Source: Podarcis tiliguerta | Lineage: Eukaryota | Assembly: GCA_965153285.1 (NCBI GenBank) | Contig: OZ229115.1 | DNA: 64,000 bases | Direction: 5' to 3' (one strand) | Part shown: piece by piece, positions 50,506 to 64,000 of the stretch | Position numbering within the stretch: position 1 is the stretch's first letter | Layout: every line of letters begins with the position of its first letter | Translations under genes and position numbers: made by a program | Notes under the pieces: generated by a model | Seen by the model: the letters and a program-made list of their open reading frames with translations, nothing else | Told to the model about the DNA's origin: nothing | The model's database searches: none

Positions 50506-53500
50506 AAATACACTAAGCCACGGATTGTGGTTTGCTGTTCCCACTAGGAGAGGAGTGAAGCAGGTGCAATCTCCACATTGGCTGTAAACAATCAACTATG
50601 GTTTACCATGATATAGAAACTGGACCAGTGATTTATTACCACAACCAAATTTAAATTCTAAAGAAATTAATCTTAAGCATCAATCTGGTAAAACCAATTT
50701 GATGAGCCATGACCTGAAGGTCAGTTCTAGAATTATTTAAGGTCAATCAAATCAGCCCCTTGAAGATAAGAGAGAATATATGCTGACCTATCTGCTGGGT
50801 TTTTTTGTTTTTTTTTAAATAAAGCTTAAAAGTATCTTTCCTCATAGAAGAGATGCTTTAGTGTCTTTCCAAAGCAAAAAGAATACTTGTTGAATATTAA
50901 ACACGTAAGACATGTAATTATTTAACATTATTAATTTTATACTCTGCAAAGTCAACACAAGTCTCATTAAAATGTTAATTTAAGAATAACATTTTATGTA
51001 TTAATATTTAAATTTTAAATGTAAAACTGAAGGATGTGATATGTAATATTTAAACAGGGTATCTATGCATGATTGTCTTAGTACAGTCTGCATGTGAACC
51101 ACTTAACCCCAACTTTCTTTAAAGACAATTGCTATTTTTTACTGGGCTCACACCATTTCTTGCTACATCTTTCTGCAGGCAATGACACTTTTATTGCAAT
51201 CTGTCCAGTCAACACTAAACTAATTGTTTCTGTTTAGGAAGTTTATTTGAAAATATTAAGATTGTTTGAGGCTATGTGCCTCTTCATCTGTAACTCTCAG
51301 AGTAGATACAGTTGAGCTTGATGGATTAGCCATTAAAATAATACAAAGCTAAAGAAACATAAAGGCCCCATCCTGCTGTAAGCCACTATGGCTAATTTAC
51401 ATATTACTTACTGTCCATGATTGCCACTGAAAACTTTTCCACTTGTGTATCCATATGGTGTGTGTTATCATTAAAAAGGTGTCGTGGGCCAGGAATCAGG
51501 TTCACCTGCTGAACAGCATCCTGAAAGGGGAGGAGGTGGAGTGACTCCACCTGCAGTTGATCAGCCTTCAAGGACTCAGAGGGGAAGGCACTGGTGAGAA
51601 CCAACTGGCTTCAGCCTTCTTAAGCAGTTTCCAGCAGGAATCAATTGCTGGTAACAATGCTAGTAGTTCTTGGCCCTACCTTGCTGCTCCCTGCTCGTCT
51701 TGACCCTGGACCCAATAGTCACTGGATTCCCTGACCCCTAGACTGTCTGGTCATGTGGATTGCTGTTTGTTATTCATAATTCATTTGGGGAAGCAGAAGA
51801 CTGGCAAAGGTCATTATTGAGTGATAAAATCCCCCCAACCTTGCCCATGCCCAAGGAGTTACTGTGATGAGGCTCTGGCCTGCTGACTAGAACAGTCTAT
51901 TCCTCCCAGCTATCTGGCTTCTATTAGCTTTGTTACAAGTTGAGAGAGAAAAGAAAGAGGGAAGCATAAAAAAAGAACAGCTCTACAGGTTTGGAACATT
52001 TTAAACTCAGGAGTTAATCATCACAGCAAATTTATTAGCATACAGTTATGTTCCACTTATGTGTGGGGACAGCAAAAGAGGTTGGAGAAAATATTTTGGG
52101 GAGTGGAAGCAGTTACCTCATATAAGCCCAGGAGAAATACCAGATTATATAACCTCTTGAAGATCAGTGGCTCTGTGAGGGATTTTAAATTCAGGTAGCA
52201 CTTCAAGCATGAGGGGGGCATGACACTGTACAGTATGATCCAAGAAAGGGTATTCTTATGATCCCTCTGCAAATACAGTGCTAGTTACTGCAATGCCCGA
52301 TTGTCAAAGACTCCATACTTTAAAAAACTAGGTGTAATAATCTTGTTGCTTGCTGAGTCCTCCTGATAAGAAAAAGGCCAAGCACCCACATAGATTCTGT
52401 TAAATGTCTTTGTGATTTTGATAACAGAATCGTTGAGATATTACTGATGCAGCTGTAGGCTTTTGTAAGTGTAAATGGAATTGTGCCCAAATGCCTTCAC
52501 ACTTTTTTCCTCAGAGGCTGGCATCAGCCAACCACTCTTCTGCATCACAGCTCTTTTACAAATAGCACCACAGGATCCTATTCTTTTGCACCTTCTGCTC
52601 TACAAGTCTGAGCGATGAAAGGACTTGACACTGAAGATGTTTAGGCCACATCGTTATCAAAAAAGTCATGATGCACAGTTCTACAACAGGATTTCCCCCC
52701 CCCCCTTTATAATGGCATGACAGTCCTAAGGTTTCTCAACACAGGGGAGCACTGACCAACTAAGGCTGCAATCTTACACGCTTCCCTTAAAGTAAGTTTT
52801 ATTGAATTTGTGGGACTTAGTAGGTATGCAAAGGATTATACTGTTAATGATGTATTTAGTATGGGCTAATCAAGGTGCAGATGAAATGCCAGAAGGTTAC
52901 AGCTGTAACGTATTTTTTATGAAGCAAATACAACTTTATATATTTCCAGAACCTGGTCTCTATCTTGATCTGAAAAGACATTGGTATTAATTTGGTAACC
53001 TCATGCAGGGATGGAGTCTACATGCTACACTACATAAAAGGCTTCTTTTGAGTTAAAAACAACATATACTTGGATCTTAAGATAATGTATTGCGTTAATT
53101 TCAATCCCATAACTAAGGGCCTTCTGTTCAATCCAACTATACTCATCTTCATTGGAGCCTTTGCACCATAGCCTAGCAAGTTTCTTCCAAAGGCAAGGAT
53201 GCAATATCCTGCTTCTCTGTAACAGACTGGGAGTGGTGCACATAAATCTAATGGTTATTCATCCATGTATGTTTTCTCCATGTAACAAAGAGATCAACAA
53301 GTTGTTGTTGCTGTTAAAATTAATGGCCACAAAGTGACAAAACAGTTTACTGAACGGCAAAGAGGGGAGCTAATAAAGAGTTCCTTTACTCAAATTGTAC
53401 AGCAGAGGAATGCATGGTCACCAATACATCGGCATAAGAATTAAAACAGTTCTGTCAGTCATCACTAACTGCATCAGAAAACCACCCAGGGCATACCTCT

Positions 53501-56500
53501 AGCATCCAAACAACAACATGCTAGACAGACAGCAACGCAACTGGTGATCCACAACAATTTCTTACAAACTTGCTACCTGTTGAAAGAATTGCATTTCTCC
53601 AGATATGACATACTGCAAATTTGAGTGCAAGGAAACAGTGATTTCTCCACAACAGGATATAATTATGAAGAAAAATATATGGACTTTGAACAAAAATGAG
53701 AAATCAATACATATTTACTGTGCAATAAGAATTTATTTGTGATGGAAAGCTTTTAATCAGTTTTCAAGACTCTAGTTTTAGGACTTTTCCATTCTAGATT
53801 CTTCATTTATCTAAATACTGACCCTAAACTGATCTATTTTAGAGCAGGCATTCCTTGCTGCATTGCATGATGCTCTCCTATACATACAGAATCAACACAA
53901 GGAGCAGAATACCAGCAGGCATTCATTGGTGAATGGTTTAGAAGCACTGCAACATACACCAAGGCTGGAGTAGCTTCAACAGTTCACAGTGAGGAGTTGT
54001 AAGCCAATGCTACCTCTTTCCTGATGACCCCTGCAATTGAGGGGCTATCGAGTAGGAACCCAGGACTGAGGCCACTGCTCAACTAGAGTAAGATGTAGCA
54101 CCACGACAGTTTCTGGAATGTACTCTTCTGGAATGTATTCATTGACTAAAGATTCTGCACATACAATCATTTCAAGAGAAGAACAGCCTATCCTTCAGCA
54201 GTACAAGAATTCTGCGTATTAATTTGATGAAATGAGCTTAGGGAGTATGACTGGCATGCAATGTTGTTTGGAGTAATTTAAACAAAAAACCAAGCCAGAT
54301 CAAAGGAGGAAAGTTGTGCACCTTTAGCATTCATAAACCACAACTTTCCTTTTCTAGATATGGAGGCCTTAATGTCCTTTTGATACATATTTCAAAACAC
54401 CTAACAGGGTATCATCTCAAAGAGTATATATGTTTAAATATGGATTTTCCTTGTTTAGTAGACATATTCAGCATTACAAACAGCTCTTGCACTATCTGAA
54501 TACAGGCTGTGTGAAGAGACAATCACCTTTCATCCCTTCCCTTTTTTCTTCATTTCTTGCTATTAGGAAACCATTCACAAGTGCAACCATGAACAATGTT
54601 ATGCAGTAATTATGACTACATGACAAAGAGATGTGAACAATTACTGAGGCTGTTTTGAAACCCTATACTAATAAAGTCATTAGATGCTGCCCTTGCCATG
54701 ATCCTTCTAAAAGCTTCTGAAGTTACAAGAACACACAGCATTGTTTGTAGGGACAATTGCTGCTGGCAGAATGCAAACCTTGAGTTTAACCATGCTTCAA
54801 ATTGATCTTGACATTCTGTTAAGACCACCACTAAAATCAAAAGCAAAGGAGAAAAGGAGAAAATGAGCGGGTGGGATATAATCAAGAAACAGGAGGGTTC
54901 CCTCCTCAACTTCTCTCCTCTGCTTCTTCTACAAAACAAGCTACAGACAAAATGACAAACTTGCCTGGCAGTAAATCTTTATTTCTTAAAACATTAATTA
55001 GACTCCTGACCCGGGCACCTTTAAGCACCTTTGATAATTATGTTGTTGAAAGTAAATTGAACTGTGTTTAAATTATTATAGACAAAATAGAAGCAATTTT
55101 TGACAAACTTAGACAAAAGTCTAAGAATGGACTGCTATCTAAACAGCAACAGATCCAATTCTTTTGCAAGTCACCTCTTGCTGAATTTTATTTCATTCCA
55201 TGAGAAGCCATCAGAACTGAAGGCAAGTGAGTGATGCTTAAAGTGGCTGCTGTATTTTTCATGTCTTCCAACTAAATCACAAAGTGACTTTGATTTAGAA
55301 CATGTATTTGACTTAAAATGGTTCTCTCCCACTTTCTCTACTGACTTAAAAACATTCAGAAGTGGCACAGACCAGACTAAAAGGGCATCTGTCATCACTT
55401 GCATGTGCACGCAGACCAGTGCATACAAAAGCAGTAAATATACTGGTTTTCATTCAGATGAACTAGCAAAAAGGATCTGTGAATCTGGGTAATTATTTGG
55501 TCACGGATAAAAGGAAATGTGTATGTCAATTACCCCTTTCTTAAGCTGAGACACTAAAGGAGAAAGAAACATTTTAAAATTAAGACTAGCAAGCACCGGC
55601 CAAGGAAAAGAGGATTTGAAATATTGTACCCAAAACATGTGTTTGGTCAATGACCTTGATCCTGAATTGCTGATGAGTTATAACAATGTACATAGAAACT
55701 GATATGATTCTTCAGTAGCTGCTATTATTTAACTTGCATTTTATTTAACTTGATAAATTAATTGTGGCTTTGTTGGTTTTATATGGTTTATGTCAACCAC
55801 TTTGGGTGCAAGAATAATAACCTTTATTTGCTGCTAACAATAATAAGGCCATCAGGTAAGGATGAGCATCAGTGCTCCACTGTGGACTTCCTGGCCCCAC
55901 ATAATCTCTTTCAATCCTCCATCATAATGAGAGGAAGGTAAAATGCAGTTTTAGGTCTGACTCCTTCTGCAGATAATAGCGGCTCTGAATAAAGGCTGCA
56001 GAGTGAGGAAACGGAGGTAGAAAGAACCAATAGGCTGCAGTAGTAATGCACCTGGTTTGGCAATCCAATTGTCCGCTGTTCAAATTGGGTGCTACTTTGT
56101 GGAAATATGCATACAATAGCTTGGATTCTAAGAAAAGCGAGCAGAAGGAAGATCACAGAAGGAAAGGTCCCTTCCTCCCCTATCCCAGCAGCCACCTGTG
56201 CTATCACCAGCTTCTCCAGAGGATCAGGGGCTCCTCCTGAACAACATGGAAAAAGGTATGAGGGGGGTTTCTGGAAGAGGCAGAACCCACCAAAAATCAT
56301 GTCTGACCCTCCAGGTAGGAGGAACAATTTTTCTATGAATGTCTTTCCACCCACTTAAGAGTCCAAGACATTTGCTTTAATTTTCAATAACATATCTAAC
56401 CTTAATCTGTCCTCATACCACCAAAGTGACAGGTCCATATTAAGTTAACAGATATTTGTAGATACACATAACAAAGTCTAACAACAATCATAGCCAGGAC

Positions 56501-56874
56501 TTTATATTTTTAATATATTGTGTTGGGAAGATAGTAATTTAATATTACCCCAGCTGTTAAGATTTATATTGAAGTAGCCTTCACAATTTTCATGTGATAG
56601 CACTATGGTCTCTAGTTAGCAATTCCTCACTATCCCAATGCTGCATGAATAACCCTGCAGCCTAAGAGTAACCTAAAGTTATATGTATATATTAAGTATT
56701 AATTGTATTTTGACCTTTTGTTTATATATAGCCATTTGAAAACTGCTATACAATAATTCCATTGTCATAAACTGATAGGAAAACCCAAAAGTGTAAGCTT
56801 AAGCATCTTATTGTATTTCACAATCAGGTTCTAGATCCATTGAGAATAGCTATAAAGCCTTAAACAAGCCCTTT

Positions 56875-57038
56875 NNNNNNNNNNNNNNNNNNNNNNNNNN
56901 NNNNNNNNNNNNNNNNNNNNNNNNNNNNNNNNNNNNNNNNNNNNNNNNNNNNNNNNNNNNNNNNNNNNNNNNNNNNNNNNNNNNNNNNNNNNNNNNNNNN
57001 NNNNNNNNNNNNNNNNNNNNNNNNNNNNNNNNNNNNNN
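56875..57038. other. Assembly gap (164 N)
   Basis: Run of N. Confidence 1.
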
Positions 57039-58675
57039 AAAACACAACAAAGCAATGACATGCCTGTTGATTGTCAGTCATAAAAAACCTCCCTCAAACA
57101 CAGATTTTCAAAAGAAACTACACAGCAATTTTTTGTCATTGTAAAATAAAAGAAACTAGAGAATTAAACAGAGACTAGAACAATACAACAGCAGGCAGTC
57201 GACTGAACTTAGCCACTGCAGATGGTTTAGAAATAGTGTTTCCTTCGACACCAAGTTGTGGGATAAAAGGAAAGGAGGGAACTCCCTACCCCCAGTGAAT
57301 GGCAGCATGTAAGATTTAGCCCAATCTCTTGTCCACATATTTTGCCGTGTTAAAAAGCATAGTTACTTCATTCATATCTGTGTTAGAAAGTACTTTTTAT
57401 CCCTCTTTTCAATAGTAATTAAAACAATTAAAAGCATGGGTCAACACTGTGAGCTAATCTAAATTAAATTAAGATTATGGTAAATGCATCCAAGTAGTCT
57501 GTGGAGTATTATGCAAGAACATTGCATGTTTCAGTCTTAATTTGAAAAGTTAACTGCAATTAACTCATTTGTAAGTTACCGGGCGGCATGGTGGAGGAAT
57601 GCACATGTCAGTGCACTAGTCCTATAGGAACACAAAACCATGTGATTTCTTAAGCGTTCTGTTTATATTAAGTAACAATTATCAATAGCAACATGGAATG
57701 AGACCATCCTTGAAGTTAATAAAAAAGAGATCAGCTACTACAATTTTAAGATCCTTCCATCATAAAAATATATAGACATAGGCTCATTGGTACATGCAAT
57801 ATTTCTAAAGACTATCATGATGAATGACATAACCTGCACATTCCACCAGTTACAGAAAACTTTGGTAAGGAACTATTGCCAGCAGACAATTAAGTGCAAT
57901 CTAAAGCCCAACAACTATATCACCATAGGGGAAAACTTCTGCCTTTATTTATCACAATTAGACTGCATTTGACGAAAGTCAAATGGATCAGATTAAATCC
58001 AGTGTAGCAATTCTGGATGTTTTTCATATTACATTTCCCACATGAGCTCAGCACAGAGGCCCTTCAAACTAAACTTCCTGTGGTGTATTAAAAAACTATT
58101 AATAACAAAGATACAGATGGGAAATGAGTGTTTGTAGACGGTTCTGGTATTACACTTACATATCTATGCAATGCAATAGATTCTATACAGTTCATCGGGA
58201 TGTGGGAACAGGTTGCAACTTGCTTACACCCTACAGGTCCATCCCACTGCTTTATTCTACCCCATTAACAGAAAGTTCTCTCCTTTCTAAAGTCCCCATC
58301 CCAGACACAACAGATCACTGCATCAATCTGCAGGAGGTTTGTTACACTTCCTTCTTATACCACCATTGAACTCATTCTCCAAGTCTGAATCTTTATATGG
58401 CCAAACTGGCACCACCACACACAAAGGGGAAGTATCATCAGGTGTGGAGAGAACCCAATGGTTTCCACCCAAAATGAAAAATCTTTAGGAAAACACAACC
58501 CTGAGGAAGAAACCACAAAACAGGTAAAAGAGGACTTGGTATGTTTCAGATTGCTGATTTAGTATTGGGGGCTAATAGACAGAAAATCAAGTGGAGGAAA
58601 AAGAATAGGACAGAGTATGTGCTGAAAGAAGGTGTGACTGGTAGGCTAGAAATCTGAACTGAAGAAGGCCACACT

Positions 58676-59109
58676 GGCCCAGTTCACATTATATATTAAG
58701 CCATAGTTAAAATAAACTATGAAATAAACAATGTGAATGAGCAGCATGCTAGTGCCTGCTTCTCAAAAGTGGATGCATTTCAAAAGTCCACATTATGCTG
58801 CTCCCCTGTTCCAGCTATGCTGGTGAGGAAACAAGTCAGACTCTGGCTTCTCATTAAGTATACCTGCACTCATGGTGGTTTCTCTCCAAGATTTGTTCTT
58901 GGCTTAACACTCATGGATTGTTTAGGTGAAATAATCTACATATTTTTCCACACAGGGAACAGCAAGCTAGTTAGTTTCCTTCCTGGGACGGAAACAGCAG
59001 GAATGGAAGAAGAGTGAAGAATGGGCATTTGAGCAGTGTGTACCAGCAAGCTCATTCACATTGAACTATAGTTTATTTTAACTACGGTTTAATATGTGTG
59101 AATCAGATC
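58676..59109. mobile_element. Old PIF/Harbinger-like MITE with long imperfect TIRs
   Basis: ttcacattatatattaagccatagttaaaataaactat versus atagtttattttaactacggtttaatatgtgtgaa. Relatives near 7560-7725, 25500-25743, 49720-49940 and 50510-50625. Superfamily assignment is tentative. Confidence 0.6.
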
Positions 59110-59554
59110 ACCGCAACTCTTTGTTGAAGGTTCCACTTGCTGATAATATGCTTTCCAGGTCTTCACTGAGTGATGGTGACTCTACATTTAAAATCCTCCA
59201 AGGCACCAGAAAAAGATGCAGTCATAATGCCTCTCACTCAGATATTTCACTGGTTCTCTTGCTCATTCTCCTCATTCACCTACTAACCCTGGCAGACAGG
59301 AGGAAGAGAATGGCCCAGGAGACTTGTAAATGAACAGAGTGGGAAGGGTGTGTTGGACGCACAGTGGCTGCATCCTGAGAACATTAGCCTATGAAAAGTA
59401 AATCACTGAACAATGTAAGATAAAGGCGGGGGGGGGGAGCAGTCCCAAAATCTATTATTTAAACAGACAGTATACTATGTAACATATATTATAAAGATAC
59501 ACTGAGTTTCTTGAGTTCTTAAAACAGTTTAATATTCAACTCCAAATTATTTAC

Positions 59555-59709
59555 CTTGCTCTGTTTGCTTCTTTTGTCATATCCCATGCCCAGGTTATGA
59601 AGTTCTGACTAAGGTAGGAGACGATAGATTCGGCACAAAGCATTTGAGAACAGAACACGTTGGTTAGCACACTTTCATCATGGTGGAGGTAGACAGCAAG
59701 CAGCTTTCT
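59555..59709 (-). CDS. FAF1: FAF1 coding exon (about human exon 13), UAS domain
   Basis: Manual translation RKLLAVYLHHDESVLTNVFCSQMLCAESIVSYLSQNFITWAWDMTKEANRA(R). Acceptor ctgtttttcag, donor AG|gtaaat; 155 bp, phase 0 to 2. Not in the ORF track. Confidence 0.97.
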
Positions 59710-62238
59710 CTGAAAAACAGGGGGAAAGTGTTAGCATGATATTTTGATTTATTTGCCCACCACTACCACCACTTTCAGATATAAGTGAAATTTCTGTCTC
59801 AGCCCTAACCAAATATTTTGGAGGCATCCTATTGATATTGCTGGAACATCCTTTCAACAATCTCAGCACCCAGCACTCCGCTGCTGCTTCCATAGAAACA
59901 ATGCTTTGTTTAATGGTATTTGGAGAGAAAGTGAATTACTCTATTCTTGCGATCAAGAACCCATGGCCAAAATGTTTATTTAAGAACATTTTTTTCTACA
60001 GAAATAATAATGTTGTGACTATTATATAAAAAGAAGAAAAGCCATGTTTACATTCTGTCATGATCACCAAAATTGAATTTAGAATTTAATCAGTTGCAAA
60101 TACTTACTACTGTACAACCAATAGCTGATTTTAATGCAATGGCATTAGGATAGGAGGTTTACTATGCATTAGGGAGAGGGAGAATTAAACAAGGGATGTA
60201 GCACCACATTTCTTTTTGTGCACAGCACCACACACACAAAAAAGGATCTAGGGAAATTGTGTATTCAAAACTTTCTCTGGATCTGGGGCAAAATCTCTCA
60301 TTTACTTGGGTTGTAGTCCTATGGAAAGAGCATTCCGGTGCAAACTAATCCCTGATCCCCAGGCCACATGGGTAAAATTATATTGTGCATTGGGTAACAT
60401 CCATCTGTTCACAAAAGGGATCGAGCAGAAAGGGGTGAGGCAAGGCAAGGCAATTTCCCCTTCCCAAAGCAGCTCACAATGCTACCTTCCACACTGTTCT
60501 GCAGGGTACCCAACTCTGGAGCAGCATGTGGGCTATATGGGAAAATGGCCTCACCCACCACTAACCCCTCCACCCAAACTCCATTCATGGAAAGTCTCAA
60601 TCTAACAGAGTATATTTATCTCATAACAACACTGATTTTTGTTTCAATTTCCTTTTTAAACTAACTAAATTGTTGAGTTTACAGAAAGTTTAATAATGTT
60701 ACTCTAGCACACTATGCTATTGCTTTGTTTTGCACAATATCTCAGGGGAAATTGATAACTATCAAATTCTCTAGATTCTGAATACGTTTGAAAATACAGT
60801 AGCTGATATAAAAAGAAAACTCACCAAAAAATTTCTGATACCACACAACTTATAGCTTGGAAATATTATATAAAATTTTGCAACATAAAATTTCATTCAT
60901 TTACAATTTAGATAAACCTAAGTATTAATTTCACAGGTAGTTTCAAATCGTAATTTCATATGTAGTTTTGTACTGCTGGCAGTTTCACAAGAAGCATTAT
61001 TCCAGGAGGCTGCAGTGGCAAAGCCCACCATAGAAAGATGAGGTATAGTTCCGTTCCTAATAGTTCAGCTTCTGTAGACAGCAGACAAATTTAACTGAAA
61101 CTTATTAAAATATTGTCCTGTAAATAAGCCCAAAAACATGACCAACCTGCAACTTTTTTCAATTAGCCTAAGAAAGTAGGAGCCTATATTTCCATGGTGG
61201 AAATGTGGGCTTCATTTTGTAAGTGCCTTCTACCAAATGGACTGATGTGGGGAAGATGTTTTGCTGGCTCCAGAAGAAGCAAATCCCATTCATCTGCTGC
61301 CAGCATGGAAACCAAGTGGGTTGGTGGAGCAGGGATGGCCTTGTCCACCAGTCTGCTCAATTTCCTTACAGCCTATGGCTACCTGGCAAGCTGTTCTGAC
61401 ATACGGCTATTAAACTGCTTCTTCTTTAAGAGACACAAGTAATAATGAGCAAGCATCTTTCATTTAACTATTGCCTTTTTATGATACATTCAAATCTGCC
61501 GCTCAAGGAATTGGCCAAGATGCAATTAACTCAAAACATAATGTGGGTTCTGAAATTGTGATTCTGGAACACATTTTAAAAACAGTTTGCAATATGGCAA
61601 GAGGCAGGGGTTATAGGGAGTAAGAAATAGCCCTGGGCATACCCAAAGTAACTCTTTGGATCAGAGCCAATGTATTTAACCAGCTAAAAATTGCCAGTTA
61701 AAAATAAATGTGTTGAATGCATAGAAACATCTGTTCTAACAACACATTCATTTTAAATCAGCACATTTATAAAATACAGAGTTTGTGTAAGTCCTCAAAA
61801 TCAATTTTAAAAGTATAAAACATTTCAACAGTAGACTTTGGAAAAGGGATTAGACATTTACATTAATGTTTGTCCGCTTTAATTTAAAAAGCGATTCAAA
61901 ACCAAGTACACATGCACCAGAAAAGGCCACCAATAAGCCTAACATGCACAGTTCCATATAAGTGCAGCCAACAATGTTGACTGAAACTAAACTTGAAAAT
62001 CCAGGGCACTAATGCACAATATCAGGCAATAAAACAGCATCTCAGTGGTGATATTTAATTTAAAAAAGAAGAAAGAGGCAGGAGAAGATCAGGCACTGTC
62101 TGTTTTGGAGGATCAGCCATTCTGCATTTCAAAGCGTGGATCTCTGCAATATCCAGGTTACTGTGCTAGAATCTCCACTATTATATAGCAGTTGTAAGAG
62201 AGGGAGGGCAAAGATGTGTTTACTCAGTGATTAGGGCC

Positions 62239-62394
62239 NNNNNNNNNNNNNNNNNNNNNNNNNNNNNNNNNNNNNNNNNNNNNNNNNNNNNNNNNNNNNN
62301 NNNNNNNNNNNNNNNNNNNNNNNNNNNNNNNNNNNNNNNNNNNNNNNNNNNNNNNNNNNNNNNNNNNNNNNNNNNNNNNNNNNNNNNNNNNNNN
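62239..62394. other. Assembly gap (156 N)
   Basis: Run of N. Confidence 1.
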
Positions 62395-64000
62395 TCATTA
62401 TTTTTTCCACAAGGAAACTTTAGGAAAGTGTTTAGTTAGAGAAAAACCCACATTGACCTCTCCCTAAACCCTTAATCTTTCCTTTGTGGTGGGACTGCTT
62501 TGTGGTAAGCGGATGGCTTTGCTCTCCTCTTTTCATTGGGAGCAGAGAAAAAAAGGCTCTTGAGAAACTCCTTTCGTCCCAAAGAAACAACCCCATGAAA
62601 CTGTTAAATATAAGATTCCATGTGAATGAACTTTCCAAAATATGTACAGTTTAAAGCTAGGAGTTGAGGCCAAATACTAGAAAACAAGGCAGGTGCACAC
62701 TTTAGCATATGTAAATTAGGAAATGGCCAAAAATATTTAACTATCCCCATTTATCGATCGAAATGCCATTTGGATTTCAAATTCAGATCATTCAGTTTTG
62801 CCATTTCTGTCTGCAGTTGATTGGATTTGTAGCTGTTACATATTGGCACGAAGTAGAATCATATTCAGTCTATTGGCTAAAGGTGCCTTGGATTAAAAAT
62901 ATATATATACTAAAGATCCAAAAGCACTCTGGGGAGGAAATGTCTACCAAATCTCAAAACTTCCAATTTACCAACATTAATAACAATTTAATTTAAAATA
63001 TACAGGCAACATTTAGCAATAGTATGTGTAATGATTTGAGTCTGTGTTTTTCCTAATACCAAGAAACCTTGCAATTGCTACATTTCTACAAAAGAATCAA
63101 TTAAAAACAAATCCACACAAACTGTTTTGGATGAAGCAGCAGCGAAATCGTAAAACACGAGAAGAAACCATCAATCAAAATGCTGAGTGGTCTTGAGGAG
63201 GTTAGCTTTTCAGTGATCAAACTCCTTAGCAAAGTTCCCGGGAATGTATTAAGATAATAGGAGCTTTGTCCCTTTAGATCTTCCTCTGTGAGGAAGTGAG
63301 GTAACAAGATTACTAAAAGGGCATTATCTGGAGAAAGTATTACTTGGAAGTGACACCACTATTTAATTCTGAGGAAGATTTTTCTTAAAAGCACCTGAGC
63401 TAGCTGCCAAAATCCAAATGGCTCACAATGTGATTTGGGGGCCTAGCTTTTGAAAATCTTACCTGAGCTGTTGGCTTGAGTGAGTGAGGCTTAAAACATG
63501 CCTAAATTCTCTTAAATTCTGTTTGGTTAATTTTGGTTTGTTTATTTATTAAAATTCTATTTCAGAGAAAAATTGAGAAATTACCATGGTTCAGTCATTA
63601 AATATCAGATATTAGTATCTGGCATGATCTCTTTCCCTAGTGCATTGTATCCTTTGGCAGACTTGCCTCAGAAAAGTACTTAATTTTTCAACCCAACAAT
63701 CCTAAAAGGCAGAATATGCCACCATTTGAAATATATAGGCAGGTATCCCTTAATTTTGAAATGCTAATTGCTTCTGAATGTAGGTGAAGCTCGTTAAGAA
63801 TTATAAATTATTCTTAAATCCAGTTTAATTTTCTGATCTTGCATTTGCAGCTATTCCCCCCCCCCCCTTCCATCAGTCTTAAGAAACCAAAGAATAAAGG
63901 GTATTAATAAGAAGGTATTTAGTCATCAGCCCAAGAACAGACCAGAATGACAGATAATATCGGAACAGAGTAACAAAACAACTTTAATATCCACATTTTT

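Noticed and set aside
51480-51937. Possible solo LTR (TGT...ACA, GC-richer block)
   Set aside because: No matching TSD or second copy; boundaries cannot be supported without a repeat library.
53025-53060. Peptide SKEAFYV resembling FAF1 FQEAFYV from the upstream exon
   Set aside because: Wrong position (downstream of exon 13), no surrounding homology and no fitting splice sites; a chance match. The true exon is presumably beyond the window's right edge.
55911-56358. 147-aa ORF and overlapping ORFs in intron 13
   Set aside because: No recognisable domain or exon structure; consistent with chance ORFs.
48549-62439. ORFs spanning N runs (48549..48971, 56831..57081, 62227..62439)
   Set aside because: Artefacts of assembly gaps.
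63452-63480. Strong minus-strand donor-like CAG|GTAAGA suggesting an extra FAF1 exon
   Set aside because: No convincing upstream acceptor or FAF1-like peptide; such sites are common in long introns.

Overview
AT-rich vertebrate genomic DNA from a squamate, most likely a lacertid lizard (Sauria SINEs with (TTTACC)n tails, Bov-B, CR1, L2). The window holds the 3' part of FAF1 (FAS-associated factor 1/UBXN3A) on the minus strand: seven coding exons (59555-59709, 45280-45416, 43513-43601, 30398-30478, 29897-29974, 26349-26564, 9670-9753), all with GT-AG boundaries and consistent phases. They encode the UAS domain, coiled coil and UBX domain to the TAG stop; upstream exons lie beyond the right edge. 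The rest is intron, 3' UTR and downstream sequence with non-autonomous Tc1/mariner-pogo, hAT and Harbinger-like MITEs, SINEs, LINE 3' fragments, microsatellites and three assembly gaps. I found no new protein-coding system. The best leads are motif-dense non-coding blocks that may be enhancers of DMRTA2 (FAF1's downstream neighbour in mammals; synteny here is inferred), one carrying a DMRT-type site; a possible intronic-polyA FAF1 isoform with a truncated UBX domain; and several structured or nested transposon arrangements. Exon numbers follow my recollection of human FAF1.
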